From an uncultured cyanobacterium (GTDB lineage: Bacteria > Cyanobacteriota > Cyanobacteriia > PCC-9006 > JAAUQQ01): a DNA stretch of 64,000 nt. Positions 56,078-64,000 of this stretch are shown here, piece by piece. The notes under the pieces are model-generated. The model was given only the letters and a program-made list of their open reading frames with translations. It was not told where the DNA came from and did not search any database. Where the stretch lies: NCBI GenBank assembly GCA_963718615.1, contig OY970368.1, positions 3,584,001-3,648,000 on the forward strand. Reading direction: 5' to 3'. A program made the position numbers and the translations under genes. Every line of letters begins with the position of its first letter. Positions within the stretch are counted from its first letter, which is position 1.

Positions 56078-57058
56078 ATGACGGCGTTCCTGGTGAAACG
56101 CTTCCTACAAGCGCTCTTAACCTTGCTGATTGCATCCTTCCTCAGTTTCATCATTATTCAGCTTGCACCCGGAGATTACTTGGATGTTGTCCGGGAAAAC
56201 CCGCAGATTAGCCCTGAGTACGTGAAAGAATTAGAACAAAAGTTTGGCCTAGACCGCTCCTGGATCGAGCAGTATTTTCTCTGGTTGTGGCGCATTGTTC
56301 GTTACGGAGATTTTGGCGATAGCTTTACGTTTAAGCGATCGGTCACCTCGTTGTTGCTGGAGCGGGTGCCGGCAACGTTGCTGATGGCGATCGCTTCCCT
56401 AGTCGTTACTTGGGCGATCGCTGTTCCCCTAGGCATTTATGGCGCGGTCCATCAAAATAAGTGGGGCGATCGCATCCTCCGTATCCTCAGCTACTTGGGT
56501 CAGGGGTTTCCGAGCTTTATCACGGCACTGTTTCTGCTGATTTTGGCCCAGGCCCTGACGCCCCTGTTGCCGGTGGGAGACATGACGAGTATTGATTTTG
56601 CCGATCGCTCCTGGCTGGGCAAGGCCCTAGACCTGGGCTGGCATTTGATTTTGCCGACAACGGCCTTGAGTATTGCCAGTTTTGCCGGATTACAGCGGAT
56701 CACGCGGGGACAAATGCTGGAGGTGATGCGCCAGGACTATATCCGCACGGCGCGGGCCAAGGGCTTGCCGGAAAATCGGGTGGTCTATCGCCATGCCCTC
56801 CGGAATGCCATTAACCCACTGATTACGCTCCTGGGGTTTGAGTTTGCCAGTTTGCTCAGCGGTGCATTTATTGCGGAGTATTTTTTCAACTGGCCCGGTT
56901 TGGGACGACTGACACTCCAGGCGGTGTTTGCTCAGGATTTGTACCTGGTGATGGCTTCGCTGATGATGGGGGCAGTGATGCTGATTGTGGGGAATTTGCT
57001 GGCGGATATTTTGTTGGCGATCGCCGATCCCCGCATTGACCTTGGCCAAGATTCCTAG
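56078..57058 (+). CDS. Peptide ABC transporter permease (OppB/DppB family)
   Basis: LAPGD, GDFGDSF, DYIRTARAKGL, HALRNA, FNWPGLG; ATG at 56078. Confidence 0.92.
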   Translation: MTAFLVKRFLQALLTLLIASFLSFIIIQLAPGDYLDVVRENPQISPEYVKELEQKFGLDRSWIEQYFLWLWRIVRYGDFGDSFTFKRSVTSLLLERVPATLLMAIASLVVTWAIAVPLGIYGAVHQNKWGDRILRILSYLGQGFPSFITALFLLILAQALTPLLPVGDMTSIDFADRSWLGKALDLGWHLILPTTALSIASFAGLQRITRGQMLEVMRQDYIRTARAKGLPENRVVYRHALRNAINPLITLLGFEFASLLSGAFIAEYFFNWPGLGRLTLQAVFAQDLYLVMASLMMGAVMLIVGNLLADILLAIADPRIDLGQDS

Positions 57059-57063
57059 ATCCT

Positions 57064-57903
57064 TTAAGCCTCAGCTACAAGCCGATCCAAATCCGCCTGC
57101 ATGGCTTGACGGACCCGTTCGACACAGGCTTCCACGTAGGGGCGATCGCGAGCCGCCTCCCGGCCATACCGTTCAAACTCGATGGGAGCACAGACCTTGG
57201 TCTTCATCGGTACCGGCAAGGGAAAATTCGGCACAGGTCCAATGCCAAGGCCCCAGGGCAAGCCGAGATAAATCGGAAACACCTCTGGATCAATGCCCAG
57301 CAACCAGGGAATTCCCCATTCGTGCAAGCGCTTGGCAATGGGATAGAGATCCTCAAGAATAATCAGCGTGTCGTGGGCTCCGGTCGAAATCACCGGCACA
57401 ATCGGGACCTGCTGCCGCAACGCAACTTTGACAAAGCCCTGACTGCCTGCAAACACAATTTTGTGTCGTAGCCGGTGGGGGCGAAACACATCGCGACTGC
57501 CGCCGGGATAAACCAAGACACTGGCCCCGCTGTGGAGGGCGGCGATCGCCATTTTCGGATGGGCGGCGATCGCCCCAAATTTCTCGCCAAATTCCCCTAA
57601 GGCGGGCGCAGCCTGCCAAACCTTTTGGTGCATCAGTCCATAGATCGGACGATCTAGTCCAAAGCGACGAAACCAATCCACCATCACCATAATCGTGTCT
57701 GGAGAGGCCAGACCTCCGTTGTGGGAGCCCACGAAGAGGACGTTCTGGTCCTGGGGGATATTTTCCCAGCCTTGGGTTTGCACCCGAAAATAATGCTCGT
57801 AAAACCATTCCCAAAGGGGCAGGAGTTGGCGGATCGTCTGAGGATCGCGGCGATCGAGGGACCAGCCAGATTTAGGGAGAAGAATGGGAGAAGAAGCAAA
57901 CAT
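57064..57903 (-). CDS. Lysophospholipid/glycerol acyltransferase family protein
   Basis: VGSHNGGLASPD, VYPGG, GFVKVAL..VPIVPV. Confidence 0.88.
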   Translation of the reverse strand: MFASSPILLPKSGWSLDRRDPQTIRQLLPLWEWFYEHYFRVQTQGWENIPQDQNVLFVGSHNGGLASPDTIMVMVDWFRRFGLDRPIYGLMHQKVWQAAPALGEFGEKFGAIAAHPKMAIAALHSGASVLVYPGGSRDVFRPHRLRHKIVFAGSQGFVKVALRQQVPIVPVISTGAHDTLIILEDLYPIAKRLHEWGIPWLLGIDPEVFPIYLGLPWGLGIGPVPNFPLPVPMKTKVCAPIEFERYGREAARDRPYVEACVERVRQAMQADLDRLVAEA

Positions 57904-58385
57904 TCAGGCATTATGCCTGGAATTTAAAAAGATTTCCGCTACCTAACGGATTGTAGAGATTGCCTAGAGGTAGTATTATTAGATAGCTATCCAAAGATGA
58001 TTGAATAGATCCCTGGCTTCGTTCATGTCCTAGGTTCGACTTTCAATCGATCAAATCTTAGTTTTGAATTCCCAGAGCTTAGCCTCTAGCGTTAAACTAA
58101 AGCCTCAGCTCAAAATTCTGTGACTTGTTCCTGGCTTGTGCGCTCGTTTGTGTCCCTCTTCGGTGCATAGTGTTCCTCCTCATTTGGTGCATAGGTTCGG
58201 CGAAATAGTTCGGCGAAATAGTTTAGCGAGCATCCCAATGGCAGCAAAAGCCTCGCGCCTTTCTTCTGCCTCCATTGGGGTCCTCTAATTTAAAAATAAT
58301 TTAAAGAATGAGTGGACCCTGAGCAGCTAGTCACAGAGCTGTTCACTCGGTTGCCATACGTAAATTTTGGGAGAGTTTCTCGATT

Positions 58386-60089
58386 ATGCTAATCGACGCA
58401 TTTGATGTGTCTACACGTTCTATTGTCAAAACCGATATTTGTATCATTGGTGCTGGCCCAACTGGGTTAGCACTCGCACAGGAATTTATTAATTCTCCGC
58501 TGAAGATTTGTGTTTTAGAAAGTGGCGATTTTGAGGCCGATCCTCAGACGCGATCGCTCGATCAAGGGAAAACCAGCGGAGATCCCTATTTAAAACTAGA
58601 TGTCGTGCGTAGCCGACAAATTGGTGGAACGGCCAATCAGTGGTGTGTTGAACTGCCACCTGAGCCCATTATTGGGGTTCGCTATGGTCAATTGGATGCG
58701 GTGGATTTTGAGCCACGGGATTGGCTACCCTATAGCGGTTGGTGTGTCACGTTGGAAGAATTAACTCCCTTTTTTAGGCGGGCACAACAAGTCTGTCGAC
58801 TAGGACCCTTTGACTATGGCCCAGAAATTTGGGAAGACGACGAAAATCGGCAGTTACCGCTGGTGGGCGATCGCCTCAAAACCACTATGTTTCAGTTTGG
58901 GCCACGCTCGGTTTTTATCAAAGAATTACCTCAGCAAGTGTCGAGCGCTTCTAATATTGATTTTTATTTTCATGCCAATGCGATCGCCCTCGAAACCGAT
59001 GCCGACGGCCAAACGGTTCAAACGGTCCAAGTTGCCTGTTTAAACGGCAATCGTTTTAAAGTAAAAGCTAAGCGATTTATCCTAGCCATGGGAGGCATTG
59101 AAAACGCCCGAATCCTTTTACTTTCCAATCAGGTACAGGCCCATGGATTGGGCAACCAATGGGACCAAGTGGGTCGATACTACATGGACCACCCGCTGGT
59201 TTTTACCGGCGTATTTGTGCCTGCCGATCGAAATTTGTTTAATAAGACGGCTTTATATGACAAGCGACGGGTTAAGGATACGGTCGTCATGGCAAAGCTG
59301 GCCCTAACCGATGAGGTGATTCGGGCAGAACAGGTGATGAATATGAGTTTTGTTTTATTCCCGCGCTATGAGTCTTATCCCCAAAATGGATTGCAGGCAT
59401 TTCTGTTTCCCCCCTACAGCATTTATCCGCAAGGGTTAGAGGCACTTCGTGAGCTCCGATCCGGTCAGGCGGGCAGTGTCCTGAAACGCGTCAAGCTTGT
59501 CCTGACAGATTTACCCAAGATTGGAAAATACCTCTTCCAAAAGCTAGCCCGAAAACTTCGTCCGCCCGTACCGGCTGAATTTGCCGTTGGGGGATGGTCT
59601 GATTGGTCCGATAAAGCCCGCAAGCTGCGTTCCTTTCACGTCTACAGTCAAACCGAGCAAGCCCCCCATCCCGAAAACCGGATTCTGCTGGATCGGTCCT
59701 TAGATGCCTTGGGTTGTCCCCAAGTGCGCTTGCAGTGGCAGTGGCGTGACCTGGATATTCAGCATGTTCAGCGGGCTCAGCTCATTCTCCAAGAGGAACT
59801 GGCCTGTGCAGGGCTAGGTCAACTGCATATTCAGAAAAGTCCAGGGGGGAAACCGGTGATTTTTGCGCCTTCGTCCCATCACCTCATGGGCGCAACGCGC
59901 ATGCACAGCGATCCCCGGCAAGGGGTTGTCGATGCCAACTGCCAAGTTCACGGTACGACCAATCTCTTTATTGCCGGTAGCTCCGTCTTCCCGACGGGCG
60001 GCTATGCCAATCCGACACTGACGATGGTAGCGCTGGGGCTGCGTCTGGCTGATCACCTTAAAGAGGAATTTACAGCGGAACTTGCCTAG
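58386..60089 (+). CDS. GMC family FAD-dependent oxidoreductase
   Basis: IIGAGPTG, IGGTANQW, GGIENARILL, VGRYYMDH, HHLMGATRM, ANPTLT. Confidence 0.93.
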   Translation: MLIDAFDVSTRSIVKTDICIIGAGPTGLALAQEFINSPLKICVLESGDFEADPQTRSLDQGKTSGDPYLKLDVVRSRQIGGTANQWCVELPPEPIIGVRYGQLDAVDFEPRDWLPYSGWCVTLEELTPFFRRAQQVCRLGPFDYGPEIWEDDENRQLPLVGDRLKTTMFQFGPRSVFIKELPQQVSSASNIDFYFHANAIALETDADGQTVQTVQVACLNGNRFKVKAKRFILAMGGIENARILLLSNQVQAHGLGNQWDQVGRYYMDHPLVFTGVFVPADRNLFNKTALYDKRRVKDTVVMAKLALTDEVIRAEQVMNMSFVLFPRYESYPQNGLQAFLFPPYSIYPQGLEALRELRSGQAGSVLKRVKLVLTDLPKIGKYLFQKLARKLRPPVPAEFAVGGWSDWSDKARKLRSFHVYSQTEQAPHPENRILLDRSLDALGCPQVRLQWQWRDLDIQHVQRAQLILQEELACAGLGQLHIQKSPGGKPVIFAPSSHHLMGATRMHSDPRQGVVDANCQVHGTTNLFIAGSSVFPTGGYANPTLTMVALGLRLADHLKEEFTAELA

Positions 60090-60173
60090 AAATTCTTGTC
60101 CAGAGATGGCGGGTGAGGTTTTAGAATTCTAGAGCGATCGCGACAGGGAGAACACCTGCGAAGAACACCTGCC

Positions 60174-60734
60174 ATGGATACTGAATTCTCAAGACCATTG
60201 TGGGCTGGGTTGGGGGGATTGGCCTTGACCCTCAGCCTTGGGCTGCCCACGCCTGTGGCCCAAGCCCAGGAGCCCAGCCTACTTCAGCAGGCCCAGACCG
60301 CCCAGCGGCAAGAGCGCTATGGGGAAGCGGCGGAACTTTGGCGGCAGTTGGCGCTGCAATGGCCAGACTCAGCGGAAATTTCCTACCGGCTGGGTTTGGC
60401 CCTCCATCAGCAGTTCGACATCGAAGCCGCAGCCCATGCCTACCTAACGGCAACCGTGCTCAACCCTGAGCATCGCGAGTCTTATATTAATCTTTCGTTG
60501 GCTCGGATTCAGCTCGGACAGCTCGATGAGGCCATGGCGGCGCTGGATGAGGTATTGAAACTGAGCGATCGCCCCTCCACCCCCGCCAGTATCCACACCA
60601 TGGCCCACTACAACCGCGCCATTGTCCTCGGACGGCAGGGCCAAGTCGAAGCCGCCCGTGGCGAGGTTGACGCAGCCCTAGCCATCACACCGGATTTTGC
60701 CGAGGCCCGCGAACTGCTACAAATTATCCGCTGA
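60174..60734 (+). CDS. Secreted TPR repeat protein
   Basis: Signal peptide ending AQA, followed by TPR repeats. Confidence 0.8.
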   Translation: MDTEFSRPLWAGLGGLALTLSLGLPTPVAQAQEPSLLQQAQTAQRQERYGEAAELWRQLALQWPDSAEISYRLGLALHQQFDIEAAAHAYLTATVLNPEHRESYINLSLARIQLGQLDEAMAALDEVLKLSDRPSTPASIHTMAHYNRAIVLGRQGQVEAARGEVDAALAITPDFAEARELLQIIR

Positions 60735-60795
60735 TCCAATCGCCCTTGATTGAACGGTCAGTGATTGAACAGCCACTGGTTGAATCTTTACTGAA

Positions 60796-60867
60796 AGCCG
60801 GTGATGCGATTTGAACGCACGACCGCTCGATTACGAATCGAGTGCTCTACCACTGAGCTACACCGGC
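60796..60867 (-). tRNA. trnT: tRNA-Thr(CGT)
   Basis: GCCGGTGTAGCTCAGTGGTAGAGCACTCGATTCGTAATCGAGCGGTCGTGCGTTCAAATCGCATCACCGGCT folds as a cloverleaf with anticodon CGT; CCA not encoded. Confidence 0.97.
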
Positions 60868-61040
60868 AGAAATTGGAAAGGCGCGATTGGCCTTGCATAG
60901 TATAGCAAAAGCCAATGGAGATTGGTGAGCTCCTGGGGAAAATCGGAGAACATCTGGGTTCGGGCAAATAGACCCGCAGAGCCTCTAAAATCACAGCAGT
61001 CCGACTCTTACGCTTTCCTAAGAACGTTATCCCTGAACCC

Positions 61041-61340
61041 ATGCCAAACCCTAGTGGCTCGAACAATAGCTCCCCAACCCCACCGCGTCGTCCCCAGAAT
61101 ATTAGCCCCGAAAAATATGCTCGCCTGCAAGCAGAACTCAAGGCTCCCTATCGCGGTTTGCGCCGCTTCATCTACGTCGCCTTTGCCGCGTCGGGGGGGC
61201 TAGGAGCCTTTATTTTTCTGCTCAAGCTGATCGCGGGTCAAAATTTGGGAGAAACTATCCCGAACCTATTTCTCCAAATCGGACTCGTCGCGGCCATGGT
61301 TGGATTGCTGAAATGGGACCGATCCAAGAGTCAGGACTAG
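61041..61340 (+). CDS. DUF3493-like membrane protein
   Basis: RLQAELKAPYRGLRRFIYVAFAASG signature. Confidence 0.8.
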   Translation: MPNPSGSNNSSPTPPRRPQNISPEKYARLQAELKAPYRGLRRFIYVAFAASGGLGAFIFLLKLIAGQNLGETIPNLFLQIGLVAAMVGLLKWDRSKSQD

Positions 61341-61382
61341 ACAGCGCTCGATTTGTGACGCGATCGCCTAAGCCGTTACCAT

Positions 61383-61976
61383 TCACTCTGCCGTGGTGAG
61401 CCAACGGGGCAAGATCTGTCGGACAGGAACTCCCAACAGAGTCATCGAAGCCGCCACGTCTTCCACAGACATTGGAGGGGTTTGAGCCAACTTGGCCTCC
61501 GAAATCCGTAACACCAGCGCTACGCTGGCGGGAACCTGGGTGAAGAGGTTAATGGCCATAAAGGCGATCGCCGCCAGCCCCAGCCCCCCCCCGTGACCTA
61601 ACCCTCGAAACGGGGTGATATCGGCAGCGATCGGTGCAATGCGGTATAGCTGCCAGAGGAAGAAGAATAGGAGGATTGAGAGGGCGATCGCCACCCCTTT
61701 GTTCACCGGAGTCCGAAACCACACCAGTAACCGTCGCTGATCTTCGGTTAACTGTTCTGGCTCCAGAGCTACCAAGAGCAGCGCAAAAATGCAAAATGGC
61801 GCAGAAAGCTGCATCCACAAGATCGGTGCAATTCCCACCGCACCCACTAACAAAATTTCGAGAAACGCAGGCAAAACCGGATCGCCCACCGCAAGCCCCA
61901 AGAGGCAAAGCACTGCCAATAGGGGCACTGCGGCTAGGCCCGCCAAGTGAATCCAAAGAAAGGGCTCGCCACGCAT
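61383..61976 (-). CDS. Conserved cyanobacterial membrane protein (low-complexity-tail family)
   Basis: EPFLWIHLAGLA, LTEDQRRLL, NLFTQVP; typical position downstream of infB. Confidence 0.75.
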   Translation of the reverse strand: MRGEPFLWIHLAGLAAVPLLAVLCLLGLAVGDPVLPAFLEILLVGAVGIAPILWMQLSAPFCIFALLLVALEPEQLTEDQRRLLVWFRTPVNKGVAIALSILLFFFLWQLYRIAPIAADITPFRGLGHGGGLGLAAIAFMAINLFTQVPASVALVLRISEAKLAQTPPMSVEDVAASMTLLGVPVRQILPRWLTTAE

Positions 61977-62024
61977 ATGTTCTCGACTCTCCTACGCTAG
62001 CCAACTATTTTTACTAAAGAATAA

Positions 62025-62055
62025 CAGCGGGGTGAAGTATTACCTCACCCCGCTG
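62025..62055 (-). terminator. Hairpin terminator after infB
   Basis: CAGCGGGGTGA / TCACCCCGCTG 11-bp stem followed by TTATTCTTT on the minus strand. Confidence 0.75.
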
Positions 62056-62088
62056 ATTAGACATTGGCTCTTCTAGACATTGGTTCTT

Positions 62089-64000
62089 CTAGACATTGAG
62101 CGTCCGGCGCTTACTCACCATCTTGTAGGTTTCAATGATGTCTCCTTCCTTCCAGTCGTTGAAGTTGTCAAGACCAATACCGCATTCATAGCCCGCATTG
62201 ACCTCTTTAACATCCTCACGCACGCGGCGGAGAGACCCCAAAGTCCCCGTATAGACGATCTGACTGCCTCGGTGAACCCGGATATTGCAGTTACGGATAG
62301 CTTTACCCGACTGCACATAACACCCGGCAACGGCACTGCGTCCCACCGGGAAGACCGCCCGAACTTCTATTTGGCCCAAAGGCTCCTCGACCATTTCTGG
62401 TTCTAGCAGACCTTCCATAGCTCCTTGAACATCTTCGAGGAGCTTGTAGATAATGTCGTATTCCCGCACATCCACACCGGCCTCATCGGCAGCCCGTTTG
62501 GCACCGCTGGCAAGGGTTGTGTTGAAGCCCAAGATAACGGCATCACTCGCTGCGGCCAAGTCAACATCCGTTTCTGTGATCTCACCGGGAGAAGCCAGCA
62601 GAACACGAAGCTGAATCTCATCCTGAGGCAGTTGCCCCAAGGACTTAAGAATAGCCTCCAGAGAACCTTGAACATCGGACTTGATCAGCAGATTGAGCTC
62701 CTTCAGATCGCCTTCCTGCGCCCGCGCCGAAAGGGAGTTAAGAGTGACCCGACGGGAGGCCATGGCCTGCTGAAGTCGAGAGTTGCGCTCCTGGGTTGCC
62801 CGTTCACCGGCCAGGGACCGCGCTTCTTTTTCGTCGGTATAGACCGCAAACTCATCCCCAGCAGCGGGAACATCGCTGAGACCGAGAACCTCAACCGCGA
62901 AGGACGGACCAGCACTATTAACGCGGTTACCCCGATCATCAATCATGGCCCGAACCCGACCGAGGACAGCCCCGGCGACCAGGACATCTCCGACCTTGAG
63001 CGTACCGTTTTGGATGAGGAACGTAGCCACTGGGCCTCGTGCCTTATCCAAGTTGGCTTCAATCACCGTTCCCTTCGCCGTCCGATCGGGGTTCGCTGAG
63101 AGCTCTTCGACATCCGCAACCAGCAGAATCATTTCAAGCAGCTGATCAAGATTTTCACCCTGGAGAGCACTAACAGGAACGGTGATGGTGTCGCCGCCCC
63201 ATTCCTCCGCAACTAGACCATGTTCGGTGAGTTCTTGCTTGACGCGATCGGGCTGTGCACCTTCCTTGTCAATTTTGTTGATGGCAACAATCAAAGGAAC
63301 TTTCGCTGCCTTGGCGTGGCTAATCGCCTCAATGGTTTGAGGACGAACCCCGTCATCAGCGGCGACCACCAGAACCGCAATGTCAGTCACCTTGGTTCCC
63401 CGAGCCCGCATGGCGGTGAAGGCTTCGTGGCCCGGTGTATCTAAGAAGACAATTTGGCTGGGCTCACCGTTGTGTTCAATATCAACGTGGTAAGCCCCAA
63501 TGTGTTGGGTAATACCACCGGCTTCGCCTTGGGCAACTTTGGTTTTGCGGATCGAGTCGAGCAGGGTGGTTTTGCCGTGGTCGACGTGGCCCATGATCGT
63601 AACCACAGGGGGACGACGCTGCAATTTTTCCATGTCCGAAGCATCCAAGACTTCAGTCGTCTTGCGAGCATCGGCCTTACGCTCTTCAACGTCAACCAAT
63701 ACTCCTAGCTCTTCGCAGACCAGCTCAATGGTCGGCACATCCAGAGTTTGCGTAATCGTAGCCGCAATCCCCTTAAAGAAGAGGATGCGGATGATATCCG
63801 TTTCTGGCGTAGCCAAAACATCCGACATCTCCTGAACCGTCATCCCACCACTAATGGTGATCATTTCTGGTCGCTGGGGCTTTTCATCCCGCGCCCGCTG
63901 ACGTTCTCGACGGCGGTCAGCGCTAGTGACTCGGCGCTTGCCTTTGGTTGCAGCGGTGGGCTTGACCGTCGGAGCACCGGTTGGAGCTCCCTTGGGTTTG
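62089..64000 (-). CDS. infB: Translation initiation factor IF-2 (5' part outside the window)
   Basis: [28 protein letters not shown]; frame stays open to the window end (KPKGAPTG...RPEMIT). Confidence 0.98.
   Translation of the reverse strand, partial: KPKGAPTGAPTVKPTAATKGKRRVTSADRRRERQRARDEKPQRPEMITISGGMTVQEMSDVLATPETDIIRILFFKGIAATITQTLDVPTIELVCEELGVLVDVEERKADARKTTEVLDASDMEKLQRRPPVVTIMGHVDHGKTTLLDSIRKTKVAQGEAGGITQHIGAYHVDIEHNGEPSQIVFLDTPGHEAFTAMRARGTKVTDIAVLVVAADDGVRPQTIEAISHAKAAKVPLIVAINKIDKEGAQPDRVKQELTEHGLVAEEWGGDTITVPVSALQGENLDQLLEMILLVADVEELSANPDRTAKGTVIEANLDKARGPVATFLIQNGTLKVGDVLVAGAVLGRVRAMIDDRGNRVNSAGPSFAVEVLGLSDVPAAGDEFAVYTDEKEARSLAGERATQERNSRLQQAMASRRVTLNSLSARAQEGDLKELNLLIKSDVQGSLEAILKSLGQLPQDEIQLRVLLASPGEITETDVDLAAASDAVILGFNTTLASGAKRAADEAGVDVREYDIIYKLLEDVQGAMEGLLEPEMVEEPLGQIEVRAVFPVGRSAVAGCYVQSGKAIRNCNIRVHRGSQIVYTGTLGSLRRVREDVKEVNAGYECGIGLDNFNDWKEGDIIETYKMVSKRRTLNV

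Noticed and set aside
55892-56154. Overlapping N-terminal extensions of the M23 peptidase and ABC permease ORFs
   Set aside because: Family similarity starts at 56078 for the permease and at or below 55995 for the peptidase; the overlap is a longest-ORF artefact.
60788-61141. 117-aa ORF over the tRNA, and tRNA-Thr as an island integration site
   Set aside because: The ORF is a shadow of the tRNA gene; no integrase or duplicated tRNA 3' end was seen, and the flanking genes look like core genome.
1-64000. Abundant GCGATCGC octamers as a novel repeat
   Set aside because: This is the well-known cyanobacterial HIP1 sequence.

Overview
Cyanobacterial chromosomal window (dense GCGATCGC/HIP1 octamers and cyanobacteria-specific gene families). 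Positions 1-14,000 hold a minus-strand defence island resembling DISARM class I: RelE-like/UvrD helicase fusion, DrmD-type SNF2 helicase, Uma2 nuclease, and an N6-adenine methyltransferase. The methyltransferase is separated from its target-recognition half by a translationally coupled DUF433/DUF2281 antitoxin plus PIN toxin pair, and is followed by a DUF488-DUF488-dual-OB module. Positions 1-634 are a second, 5'-truncated, near-identical copy of the methyltransferase catalytic region (5211-5844, offset 5210). This copy is fused to a remnant of the same antitoxin family and runs off the window. Wobble-position G/C skew flips at the putative variable segments. Together these suggest a recombination-driven specificity-cassette system, but that is inference and the decisive sequence lies left of position 1. 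The remainder is mostly core genome: oxoprolinase, pyrC, ftsI, cobQ, rodZ-like, pnp, bioF, ilvB, ABC permease, GMC oxidoreductase, tRNA-Thr(CGT) and partial infB. It also holds two secreted metalloproteases, a small accessory block at 41-44 kb with a MITE-like element, and many short tandem repeats. No CRISPR array, integrase, transposase or reverse transcriptase was seen. Family assignments come from motif recognition, not database searches.
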